Source: Flavobacterium sp. BFFFF2 (GTDB taxonomy: Bacteria > Bacteroidota > Bacteroidia > Flavobacteriales > Flavobacteriaceae). Taken from it: a stretch of 64,000 nt of DNA. Position numbers and translations under genes: made by a program. Of the stretch, positions 49,553-58,156 are shown piece by piece. Within the stretch, counting starts at the first letter, position 1. Every line of letters begins with the position of its first letter. The notes under the pieces are model-generated. The model saw only the letters and a program-made list of their open reading frames with translations. It had not been told where the DNA came from and made no database searches. Where the stretch lies: assembly GCA_002256385.1 (NCBI GenBank), contig NKJD01000013.1, positions 5,021 through 69,020 of the forward strand, given 5' to 3'.

Positions 49553-49799
49553 CGACTTTATGACTTTTGGCTTTTGACTTTCGACTAAAGATGGCTTCGG
49601 AGGTGCCTTGCGGTTACTGATCAAATGATTTTAGAAAATTTCGTTCGGGGAAAAAACTTTAAACCTTGAACTTTAAACTTTAAACAAAAAATGAATGCCT
49701 TGCGGTTACTGATCATATGATTTTAGAAGATTCCGTTCGGGGAAGAACTTTCAACTTTCAACTTTCCAACTTTCAACTAAAATGGCGAAGCATTTTTAA
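49553..49799. repeat. array of heptamer tracts interleaved with two 57-bp direct repeats
   Basis: 57-bp copies at 49604-49660 and 49696-49752. gactttt, aacttta and aactttc tracts lie before, between and after them. Confidence 0.8.
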
Positions 49800-50797
49800 G
49801 CATTAAGCATCTCCCACAACCTATCTTTCAACACTTGCAGTCCATGTTGCGCCACAGACGAAATCATTAAAAAAGGAATACCTTTAAATTCTTTTTGCAG
49901 TTGATCGTTGAGTTCAATAGTTAGTTCTTCGTCAAGCAAGTCACATTTTGAAATTACCACCAAACGGTCTTTGTCAAGCATTTCGGGGTTGTATCGGCGC
50001 AATTCATCAATAAGGATGTCGTATTCGGCCCGAATGTCTTTGGCATCGGCCGGAATCAAAAACAGCAAGGTCGAATTGCGTTCAATGTGTCTTAAAAAAT
50101 AATGACCCAATCCTTTGCCTTCGGCGGCTCCTTCAATGATGCCAGGAATGTCAGCCATTACAAAGGTTTGGAAATCTCTGTAGACCACGATGCCTAAATT
50201 AGGCTTAAGGGTGGTAAAAGCATAGTCGGCAATTTTAGGTTTGGCGGCGGTTAAGACCGATAATAACGTTGATTTACCCGCATTCGGAAAACCTACCAGC
50301 CCCACGTCGGCCAACACTTTCAATTCAAGGATCAAATCAATTTCTTCGCCAGCCATACCCGGTTGAGCATAGCGCGGCGTTTGGTTGGTGGAACTTCTAA
50401 AATGCCAGTTGCCTAGCCCACCTTTTCCGCCTTTGGCAATGATTTTTTCTTGGCCGTGTTCGGTGATTTCCAAAATCACTTCGTCGGTATCTTTATCTTT
50501 AATTACGGTACCCAAAGGCACTTCAATGTATTTGTCTTCGCCATCGTGGCCGGTACTGCGCGAACTGCCGCCATCACCCCCATGTCCACCTTTGACGTGA
50601 CGTGCAAATTTGAGGTGAAACAAGGTCCACAAGCTTTTATTTCCCCGTAAAATGATGTGACCGCCACGGCCTCCATCGCCTCCATCGGGGCCTCCTTTTT
50701 CAATAAATTTTTCACGGTGCAAATGAGACGAACCTTTGCCTCCTTTGCCCGAGGCAATGTATATTTTTACATAATCGACAAAATTCCCTTCGGTCAT
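49796..50797 (-). CDS. obgE: GTPase ObgE/CgtA
   Basis: 'FVDYVKI...[12 protein letters not shown]', '[15 protein letters not shown]', 'YAFTTL', 'DIPGIIEGA'. Start ATG 50797 with TACCTTTG at 50816-50823 (minus strand). Confidence 0.97.
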   Translation of the reverse strand: MTEGNFVDYVKIYIASGKGGKGSSHLHREKFIEKGGPDGGDGGRGGHIILRGNKSLWTLFHLKFARHVKGGHGGDGGSSRSTGHDGEDKYIEVPLGTVIKDKDTDEVILEITEHGQEKIIAKGGKGGLGNWHFRSSTNQTPRYAQPGMAGEEIDLILELKVLADVGLVGFPNAGKSTLLSVLTAAKPKIADYAFTTLKPNLGIVVYRDFQTFVMADIPGIIEGAAEGKGLGHYFLRHIERNSTLLFLIPADAKDIRAEYDILIDELRRYNPEMLDKDRLVVISKCDLLDEELTIELNDQLQKEFKGIPFLMISSVAQHGLQVLKDRLWEMLNA

Positions 50798-50905
50798 GGT
50801 GTTTTTCTTAGGGTGCAAAGGTACGCTTATTCTGTGGATTTCCAGCATTTAATGCCAATCGGACGATGTAAACTGCTGCGATTACACTTAGAAATTTCCA
50901 ACCAA

Positions 50906-50938
50906 TTTGACCAAAAGCCATTCAAATTGGTAACTTTG
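50906..50938 (+). promoter_or_regulatory. promoter of mgsA (-33 TTTG, -7 TAACTTTG)
   Basis: TTTG 50906-50909, 21-nt spacer, TAACTTTG 50931-50938. Confidence 0.6.
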
Positions 50939-50951
50939 TGAACGGGATTTA

Positions 50952-51165
50952 ATTTGAACCCGATCCCGATTGCTATCGGGGCATTGGGAAAATGGGGCGA
51001 ACGGAGCGAAGCTAAATTTGAAAATTTGGAGATTTGGAGATTTGAAAATGTTGTTTTATTTTGGGTGGGTATTCCTTAGTTAAATCTTTAAATCCTTCAA
51101 TCTTTAAATCCTTCAATCTTTAAATCCTTCATTTTCAAATCTCAAATCTTTCAATCTCAAAATAA
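50952..51165. repeat. composite repeat in mgsA leader: REP-like core, cccgat-tgct-atcggg palindrome, atttggag tract and 3x16-bp aatctttaaatccttc
   Basis: Core is shared with 41740-41792 (reverse complement) and 49024-49064. 16-mers at 51083-51130. Confidence 0.8.
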
Positions 51166-51174
51166 TTAAAAAAA

Positions 51175-51543
51175 ATGGAAATCGCCCTCATCGCTCATGA
51201 CGCCAAAAAAGCCGACATGGTTCAATTTATTAACAAAAACAAAGAACTCCTTTCAAAGCCAATAGTTAAATTGATTGCTACAGGAACCACCGGCGGCCGC
51301 ATTGAAGCGACGGGTTTAAAGGTAAAAAAGATGCTATCGGGCCCCATGGGTGGCGATGCGCAAATTGCTTCAAGGGTGGCCGAAGGCAAAACCAAGCTCG
51401 TATTGTTTTTTAAAGATCCCAATTCAAGCCATCCGCATGAGCCTGACATTAGCATGCTCATTCGCATTTGCGATGTCCACAATGTGCCTTTGGCCACCAA
51501 TGCGGCGAGTGCGCAGCTGTTGCTTGAAGGGTTACTCGGATAA
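51175..51543 (+). CDS. mgsA: methylglyoxal synthase
   Basis: 'IALIAHDAKK', 'ATGTTG', 'SGPMGGDAQI', 'HPHEPDI', 'PLATN'. Confidence 0.95.
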   Translation: MEIALIAHDAKKADMVQFINKNKELLSKPIVKLIATGTTGGRIEATGLKVKKMLSGPMGGDAQIASRVAEGKTKLVLFFKDPNSSHPHEPDISMLIRICDVHNVPLATNAASAQLLLEGLLG

Positions 51544-51656
51544 TTTTCCCATAACCACTTGTCTGTTTTGTATTGTTGCCGAAATGGTAAAAATTACAGC
51601 ATTTATTACAGCATGTGCATTTATGTTAAAAAATAAAAAAATGCTACATTTGTCCT

Positions 51657-52121
51657 ATGCAACCTACCAAAGACCAAACCAGTCACCAAGACATTGTTAA
51701 AAACGTTTTTACACGGTACCTTGAAGATAAAGGACACCGTAAAACGCCCGAGCGGTATGCCATTTTACAAGAGATTTACGAAAGTCAAGAGCATTTTGAC
51801 ATTGAGCAGCTCTACATTAAAATGAAAAATAAAAATTACCGGGTGAGCCGCGCGACGCTTTATAACACGATAGAATTGTTGTTAGATTGTGGCTTGGTGC
51901 GCAGGCATCAATTTGGTCAGAATCAGGCGCATTACGAAAAATCGTATTTTGACAAACAGCACGACCACATCATCATGACCGATAGTGGGCAGGTCATGGA
52001 GTTTTGCGATCCACGCATTCAGACCATTAAGCAAACTTTAGAAGATATTTTCGGTATCGACATCCACAACCACTCGTTGTATTTTTATGCCACCAAAAAA
52101 GAAGAAAGCAAGGATTCTTAA
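51657..52121 (+). CDS. fur: Fur family transcriptional regulator
   Basis: '[10 protein letters not shown]', 'HFDIE', '[13 protein letters not shown]', 'QHDH'. TACATTTG box at 51645-51652. Confidence 0.9.
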   Translation: MQPTKDQTSHQDIVKNVFTRYLEDKGHRKTPERYAILQEIYESQEHFDIEQLYIKMKNKNYRVSRATLYNTIELLLDCGLVRRHQFGQNQAHYEKSYFDKQHDHIIMTDSGQVMEFCDPRIQTIKQTLEDIFGIDIHNHSLYFYATKKEESKDS

Positions 52122-52279
52122 CGGTGAATTTTTTGTCACTATCCCAATTGAACGGCAAATCAATTGAAAATTTATTGAAAAATTAACATTTGACGAAAAC
52201 GTTTTTTTTCGCTTTCGGGTCGTTTTGCGTACTTTTGTGAAATTAAATTTTTTACTACCTTTTATCATACCATACTATC

Positions 52280-53563
52280 ATGTCCAAAACGGCTATATTA
52301 GAATTGGATGGCAAACGATATGAGTTTCCGATCATTGTTGGAAGCGAAAACGAAACAGCCATTGACATTGAAAAATTGCGCGCTGAAACAGGCGCCATCA
52401 CCATGGATCCGGGTTACAAAAACTCTGGTTCTTGCATGAGTGAAATCACCTTTTTAGATGGTGAAGAAGGTATTCTTCGCTACCGTGGTTTCGCTATTGA
52501 AGATTTGGCTGAAAAAGCTACGTTTTTAGAAGTTTCTTATTTGGTTATTTTTGGTGAATTACCTACTGTCCAACAATTAGAACAATTTGAAACCGACATT
52601 CGCAAGTACAGCTTGGTGAATGAAGAAATGAAAAACATCATTGATGGCTTTCCAAAAACGGCGCATCCAATGGGCGTGCTTTCTTCATTAACCAGTGCAT
52701 TGACCGCATTTAACCCTAAAGTGGTGAATGTGGAGAATGAAAAAGAAATGTATGAGGCCATTTGTAAAACCATGGGTAAATTCATGGTAATTGCCACTTG
52801 GACATACCGCAAATGCATGGGCTTCCCGTTGAACTACTACGACAACACCAAAGGCTATGTGGAAAACTTCATGCGCCTCATGTTTGAGTTGCCAACTGGT
52901 CCTTATTACAACAACCCGATTGTGGTGGATGCCCTAGATAAATTATTTATTCTTCACGCCGACCATGAGCAAAATTGTTCTACATCAACAGTGCGCATTG
53001 TGGGGTCGTCGCATGCAGGTTTGTTTGCTTCCATTTCGGCGGGCGTTTCTGCTTTGTGGGGGCCATTGCATGGAGGTGCCAATCAGGCGGTGCTTGAAAT
53101 GCTTGAAGAAATTCAAAAAGATGGCGGCGATACGGAGAAGTTTTTAGCCAAAGCCAAAGATAAAAATGACCCATTCCGTTTAATGGGATTTGGTCATAGG
53201 GTGTACAAAAATTTTGATCCTCGTGCCAAAATTATCAAAAAAGCAGCCGATGAGGTGTTAAATACTTTGGGTGTGAATGATCCTATTTTGGAGATTGCTA
53301 AAAAATTAGAAGAAGCCGCCTTAGTAGACGACTATTTCGTATCACGAAAATTGTACCCCAATGTTGATTTCTATTCGGGTATTATTTATCGAGCCATCGG
53401 GATTCCAACTGATATGTTTACCGTGTTGTTCGCCATTGGGCGTTTACCGGGTTGGATTGCACAATGGAAAGAAATGCGCTTAAACAAAGAGCCAATAGGC
53501 CGCCCAAGACAAGTGTATACAGGCCATCCATTGCGTCCGTTTGTGCCAATGGACAAACGATAA
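52280..53563 (+). CDS. gltA: citrate synthase
   Basis: 'DGEEGILRYRG', 'HADHEQNCST', 'LWGPLHGGAN', 'GFGHRVYK', 'YPNVDFYSG'. TACTTTTG box at 52230-52237. Confidence 0.97.
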   Translation: MSKTAILELDGKRYEFPIIVGSENETAIDIEKLRAETGAITMDPGYKNSGSCMSEITFLDGEEGILRYRGFAIEDLAEKATFLEVSYLVIFGELPTVQQLEQFETDIRKYSLVNEEMKNIIDGFPKTAHPMGVLSSLTSALTAFNPKVVNVENEKEMYEAICKTMGKFMVIATWTYRKCMGFPLNYYDNTKGYVENFMRLMFELPTGPYYNNPIVVDALDKLFILHADHEQNCSTSTVRIVGSSHAGLFASISAGVSALWGPLHGGANQAVLEMLEEIQKDGGDTEKFLAKAKDKNDPFRLMGFGHRVYKNFDPRAKIIKKAADEVLNTLGVNDPILEIAKKLEEAALVDDYFVSRKLYPNVDFYSGIIYRAIGIPTDMFTVLFAIGRLPGWIAQWKEMRLNKEPIGRPRQVYTGHPLRPFVPMDKR

Positions 53564-53583
53564 TCTTGTTGATCAATATAACT

Positions 53584-53609
53584 ACCGCTCAGAAATGGGC
53601 GGTTTTTTT
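53584..53609 (+). terminator. intrinsic terminator after gltA
   Basis: ACCGCTCA-GAAA-TGGGCGGT plus T run. Confidence 0.85.
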
Positions 53610-53659
53610 ATGCAATAAAATGATTGTTGCCGCGTTGACTGTCCATTAAATTGATAACT

Positions 53660-54391
53660 ATGAGAAAGATTCTTTTAATTATTTTGGTGATTGGTTTTAA
53701 TGGTGTTCAGGCGCAAGGACTGTCAAATGAAGAGATTTCGGTTGTTGGCATAGGGCGGGTAACTGCCTTTCCAAACGCAGCTGAACTGACGTTGCAAGTC
53801 TATCATGTGAAACCCACCTTGCGTGAGGCCGTCAATGAAAATCAATCGACCACGCAGCAAGTGTTAGCCGTGTTAAAGAAATACGTTATCAACCCAACGG
53901 AGATTAAAACGAGCTTCATTACAACCGGAAAAGCCACCCGCTGGAATGCGAAAAAAGGCGCGGACGAATTCATTGGGTTTGATTCGAGTCAAAAAATCAT
54001 TTTTACATTAAAACAGCTAAGTGCCATGCAAGACTTGACAGAAGACTTGCTAAAAACTAAATTCTATAAAATTGAAAAGATCAATTATTTCAATACCGAA
54101 GCCAGCACTTATCTTGAGCAAGCACAAGAAATGGCGGTGTTAGACGCCATGGATGTAACCAAACGATTGGCGCAAACAGCCCATGTTGACTTGGGAAGTA
54201 TCAGAAATATTTCGGCAGGGAATTCGGCCAGTAATCAAAAACGTCATTTTGTTTCAGGGGGCGAATTTGAAACCTTCTCAAAAGGAATGGGCGGAAGAGG
54301 TGTTACGTCGTCAGGCGAATTAATAACCTATGAAGTGGCCGTCAATATGACTACTGACATTTTGGTAAAACAAATTATACCAAAGTTATAA
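53660..54391 (+). CDS. SIMPL/DUF541 domain-containing protein
   Basis: Signal peptide (VQA-Q), 'ISVVGIGRV...PNAAEL', 'AQEMAVLDA...LAQTAHVDLG'. Confidence 0.82.
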   Translation: MRKILLIILVIGFNGVQAQGLSNEEISVVGIGRVTAFPNAAELTLQVYHVKPTLREAVNENQSTTQQVLAVLKKYVINPTEIKTSFITTGKATRWNAKKGADEFIGFDSSQKIIFTLKQLSAMQDLTEDLLKTKFYKIEKINYFNTEASTYLEQAQEMAVLDAMDVTKRLAQTAHVDLGSIRNISAGNSASNQKRHFVSGGEFETFSKGMGGRGVTSSGELITYEVAVNMTTDILVKQIIPKL

Positions 54392-54472
54392 AATGCGGGT
54401 TAGCAGCAATTTGTGTTCGTTCGTGTTAAGTAAATGAGTATTTTTGGGTCATACACGCCAAATCGTTTATTT

Positions 54473-54826
54473 ATGACCCATTTACATCAAATGCACCGTT
54501 TTTGTGTTGAATGTGGCACCACGCTTAGGGGCCGAGAAGACAAAAAATTTTGCGACGACCATTGTCGCAGCACATATAATAACCGCCTAAATCGGAGTGC
54601 GTACCAAAACGCCCGAAGTATAGACAGAAAGTTAAAAAGGAATTACCGCATCCTTCAAAATTTGGGCGTGCCAAGCGCAGAAATTGAATGCGACAAACTC
54701 CGTGAACTTGGTTTTGAATTTCAAATTTTCACGTCAATTGGGACCAATTTTGATGGTGTTGAATTACGGCATGTGTATGACTTGAAATATCAATTTGTTT
54801 CGGAAAGCAGCATTTTGTTTTTATAA
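54473..54826 (+). CDS. conserved Bacteroidota zinc-finger protein (CxxC...CxxxC)
   Basis: 'CVECGTTLRGREDKKFCDDHCRSTYNN...LKRNYRIL'. Start moved to 54473 because a TATTTTTG box lies at 54439-54446. Confidence 0.75.
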   Translation: MTHLHQMHRFCVECGTTLRGREDKKFCDDHCRSTYNNRLNRSAYQNARSIDRKLKRNYRILQNLGVPSAEIECDKLRELGFEFQIFTSIGTNFDGVELRHVYDLKYQFVSESSILFL

Positions 54827-54836
54827 ATAAATATAC

Positions 54837-54909
54837 ACCCCTATAAAAAAAGGGGTTGATGTTAATTTAAGATCATTTTTTGTATTTTTACCCTATAATA
54901 AATAGGGGT
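54837..54909. promoter_or_regulatory. two related palindromes (putative operators) at the amt promoter
   Basis: ACCCCT-ATAAAAAA-AGGGGT (54837-54856) and TACCCT-ATAATAAAT-AGGGGT (54889-54909). Confidence 0.5.
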
Positions 54910-54912
54910 GTT

Positions 54913-56247
54913 ATGAAAATAGAAAAAAGATGGATCGTCTCATTTTTGTTGGTAGCCGTTGTCTCCATTACTGGCGCTTTTTGGCCAACATCATCGCTTG
55001 ACTTCACGCGTTTTGGCACAATTGACTTGGTTTCAGGAGCCGATGTGGCTTGGTTGTTAACGGCTTCTTGTTTGGTTTTATTAATGACACCGGGGTTATC
55101 CTTTTTTTATGGCGGCATGGTAGGTAAAAAAAATGTGATATCCACCATGCTCAAGAGCTTTATTTGCTTGGGAGTAATAGGTTTGGTGTGGATTGTTGTG
55201 GGCTTTTCATTATCGTTTGGTGATCCTATTGGCTTTCAAATAGATGGCAAAACCTATGGAGTAATTGGCAATCCCTCCAATTTTATTTTTCTGAATGGAG
55301 TAGGGGCTTTGCCACATAAAGTAATGGCGCCCACCATTCCGTTTCTGTTGTTTGCCTTATTTCAAATGAAATTTGCCATCATTACCCCCGCCATCATTAC
55401 GGGCGCGTTGGCTGAGCGCATCCGTTTTATTTCATTTTTATTATTTATCGTTTTATTTACATTACTTATTTATGCCCCATTATGTCACATGATTTGGCAT
55501 CCGCAAGGGTTGTTAGGGGCCTACTTTGGTGTGAAAGATTTTGCCGGAGGCACGGTGGTGCACATGAGCGCGGGGTTTGCTGCTTTGGCGGGTGTGTTGA
55601 TGTTGGGCAAACGTGCCGACAGTGAGCACATTCCAACCAACATTCCTTTTGTTATTTTGGGAACAGGCATGCTGTGGTTTGGCTGGTTTGGTTTTAATGC
55701 TGGATCGGCTTTGGCTGCCAATGCAACAGCCGCTTTGGCGTTTGCAACCACAACTGTTGCTTCCGCTTCCGCTATGCTGACATGGGTCTTTTGGGACCGC
55801 CTGAATGGCCGCAAAGTGTCGGCACTTGGTGCTTGTATCGGCGCAGTAGTTGGTTTGGTGGTGATTACCCCCTCGGCGGGCTACGTGACTATTCCACAAA
55901 GTATTTTCTTTGGTTTTTGTGGGGCCTTAGTCTCTAATAAATTGGTGTATTGGAAAAAATTGAAGCAAATTGATGATACGCTCGATGTATTTGCTTGTCA
56001 TGGTGTCGGTGGAATTATGGGGATGATTTTAACAGCCATTTTTGCACAGGGCGAGCAAGCCAGTTTGTTGCATGGCGGATGGGGCGTTTTTGCCCATCAC
56101 ATGCTTGCGTTGTTGCTGGTTTCGTTGTTTACTTTTGGTGGGGCCATCGCGCTGTTTTGGTTTACCAATAGGTTGGTGCCCCTTAGGGTTTCTGCCGAGG
56201 CTGAAGCCGAAGGCCTCGATTTATCGCAACATGATGAGCAGTTTTAA
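54913..56247 (+). CDS. amtB: ammonium transporter (Amt family)
   Basis: 'LMTPGLSFFYGG', 'FQMKFAIITPA', 'DFAGGTVVH', 'LWFGWFGFNAGS', 'DDTLDVFACHGVGG'. Start ATG 54913. Confidence 0.95.
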   Translation: MKIEKRWIVSFLLVAVVSITGAFWPTSSLDFTRFGTIDLVSGADVAWLLTASCLVLLMTPGLSFFYGGMVGKKNVISTMLKSFICLGVIGLVWIVVGFSLSFGDPIGFQIDGKTYGVIGNPSNFIFLNGVGALPHKVMAPTIPFLLFALFQMKFAIITPAIITGALAERIRFISFLLFIVLFTLLIYAPLCHMIWHPQGLLGAYFGVKDFAGGTVVHMSAGFAALAGVLMLGKRADSEHIPTNIPFVILGTGMLWFGWFGFNAGSALAANATAALAFATTTVASASAMLTWVFWDRLNGRKVSALGACIGAVVGLVVITPSAGYVTIPQSIFFGFCGALVSNKLVYWKKLKQIDDTLDVFACHGVGGIMGMILTAIFAQGEQASLLHGGWGVFAHHMLALLLVSLFTFGGAIALFWFTNRLVPLRVSAEAEAEGLDLSQHDEQF

Positions 56248-56342
56248 AACATTTCTGAAAAGTGATTTCTCTTTTTGTAACTATTTAGATAGCTATTGCT
56301 TTGATTTAGTATGTGGTGATATCAAAATTTTAAGGTGGTAAA

Positions 56343-56780
56343 TTATTCAATAAAATCATCAATTTTATATTGATCATTTACTTTTATAACTACTAGTTTG
56401 ATGCTGTTTTTTGTTTTACTGTAATTATCAATAAATGAAACAATAAAAACACTCTTTTTGCTCCGTGATACCGACAACGTTTTCAACCATTCCATGTCAC
56501 AATCTTGCGCATTCAGTATTGGGTCGTAATCAAGCGCTTGACTGTCAATTTTTAACAGCATTTTTTTAGTGCAATAATTACTTTTAATTTTATTTAAGTT
56601 TTGGATTGAAACTGGATTCTTTGCGCTTTCGTTGATGTACGAAATATAAAATTCTTTCAATATTTTTTTTATTTTTTCATTTTCTGAAAGTTTTGTTTGC
56701 CCAGTTCCATAGGTGCTGCAGTATAATAGCGCAATTGCAATCAATATATTTGTTTTGCTTTTTTTTAAATTTGCTAGCAT
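56343..56780 (-). CDS. DUF3828 (YbjP-like) domain protein, secreted
   Basis: 'LKEFYISY', 'LDYDPILNAQD', 'IKLVVIKVNDQYKIDD'. AT-rich; start uncertain. Confidence 0.7.
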   Translation of the reverse strand: MLANLKKSKTNILIAIALLYCSTYGTGQTKLSENEKIKKILKEFYISYINESAKNPVSIQNLNKIKSNYCTKKMLLKIDSQALDYDPILNAQDCDMEWLKTLSVSRSKKSVFIVSFIDNYSKTKNSIKLVVIKVNDQYKIDDFIE

Positions 56781-57097
56781 CACAGTGGGCGTCTTGAAGA
56801 TTTGTATTACAACAAAAATAGCCGAATTTGAAAGATGCCGCATTAATTTCATGATGTTTATTAGTCAGGCTGTTTGTATGTTTAACAGATCATTATTTTT
56901 GAATAGGAGCATTTTATGAAATGGCTTTATTTTTAATTGCTTATTAGATGAGCTTTAGTTAGGTATAGTGATATTTAAGTTGAGAAGTAAACGCATCCAA
57001 TATTAAAGCGGCCTGCAACTGAGCGGGCCAAGGCACAAATTTAGGTGTGCTCAACGTTCCACAAAATTTCATTACTTTGGGGCTTTAAAATATCCCA

Positions 57098-57547
57098 ATG
57101 ACTGTTGAAACTTACCTAGACCAACTACCCGACGACCGCAAAGAACCCATGACCCAATTGGTCGAATTATTTCGCCAACATTTACCTGCTGGTTTCAAAG
57201 AATGTATTTCTTATGGCATGATTTCGTTTGCCGTGCCCCACGAAAGGTACCCTGCTGGGTACCATTGCAATCCGGCTGAGCCCTTGCCATTTTTGAGCAT
57301 GGCTTCTCAGAAAAACAATATTTCACTCTATCACATGGGGCTATATATGGATGGGCCTTTGTGCAGTTGGTTTCAAGAAGAATATGCCAAGCGGGCGACA
57401 ACCAAATTGGATATGGGCAAAAGTTGTATTCGGTTTAAAAAACCAGCCCTTATTCCCTATGATTTATTAGCGGAATTGGCTCAAAAGATAACCGTCGATG
57501 AATGGATTATGCGCTATGAAGCGGTATTAAATAGAAACAAAAAATAA
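57098..57547 (+). CDS. DUF1801 domain-containing protein
   Basis: 'GFKECISYGMISF.VP...YPAGYHC', 'ASQKNNISLY', 'LDMGKSCIRFK'. Confidence 0.9.
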   Translation: MTVETYLDQLPDDRKEPMTQLVELFRQHLPAGFKECISYGMISFAVPHERYPAGYHCNPAEPLPFLSMASQKNNISLYHMGLYMDGPLCSWFQEEYAKRATTKLDMGKSCIRFKKPALIPYDLLAELAQKITVDEWIMRYEAVLNRNKK

Positions 57548-57550
57548 GAG

Positions 57551-58054
57551 ATGAGTTCCATTGTTCCATTATGCGCAGGCCAAGAAACCCTTTTGGCTAT
57601 TCAAAAAGTGGCTTACTCCGCGTGGGATGCCACGTATCGGGCCATCATTTCAACAGATCAGTTTGATTATATGTTTCAGTGGATGTACAGTTTATCGGCA
57701 CTTCAAGACCAAATGGAAATAAAACAGCACTCATTTTACGGTGGGTATGACGCAGGGCAATTGACAGGTTTCGTTTCAGTGGAATGGCCAATAATAGAAT
57801 CAAATTTTGCCAAAGTACACAAGTTGTATGTGGATCCAAATTTGCACAAAACGGGTTTGGGACGTCAGTTGTTGCAGCGTGTATTTGACGAGGCCAAAAT
57901 CCGCCATTGCACAGAGGTTCGACTCAATGTAAATAAAAATAATTCCGCACAGGCGTTTTACGAAAAACTTGGTTTTCAACTGTTATATGCTGAGGTTATC
58001 GATATTGGACAAGGTTATGTCATGGACGATTATGTCATGGGGATTAAGCTTTAG
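57551..58054 (+). CDS. GNAT family N-acetyltransferase
   Basis: 'VHKLYVDP.LHKTGLGRQLL', 'LNVNKNNSAQAFYEKLGF'. Confidence 0.9.
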   Translation: MSSIVPLCAGQETLLAIQKVAYSAWDATYRAIISTDQFDYMFQWMYSLSALQDQMEIKQHSFYGGYDAGQLTGFVSVEWPIIESNFAKVHKLYVDPNLHKTGLGRQLLQRVFDEAKIRHCTEVRLNVNKNNSAQAFYEKLGFQLLYAEVIDIGQGYVMDDYVMGIKL

Positions 58055-58156
58055 GCTTTTCTAATGGAACCGATTAGTACATCAAATTATACTAGCAAAA
58101 AAAAAGAGGACACATTGAATGGCCCTCTTTCATTTTTATTTTTTTTTAAATTAAAA

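Noticed and set aside
49604-49617. rRNA fragment (reverse complement contains GTAACCGCAAGG, as near the 16S 3' end)
   Set aside because: Only about 12 nt match and the flanks are unrelated to rRNA.
49604-49752. Possible mini-CRISPR (two 57-bp repeats with a 35-bp spacer)
   Set aside because: Only two copies, the repeats are too long, the 'spacer' is itself a heptamer tract found elsewhere, and there are no cas genes in the window.
58095-58140. Terminator between the GNAT and DOMON genes
   Set aside because: AAAAGAGG/CCTCTTTT arms exist, but the inner stem is poorly paired. Too weak to list as a feature.
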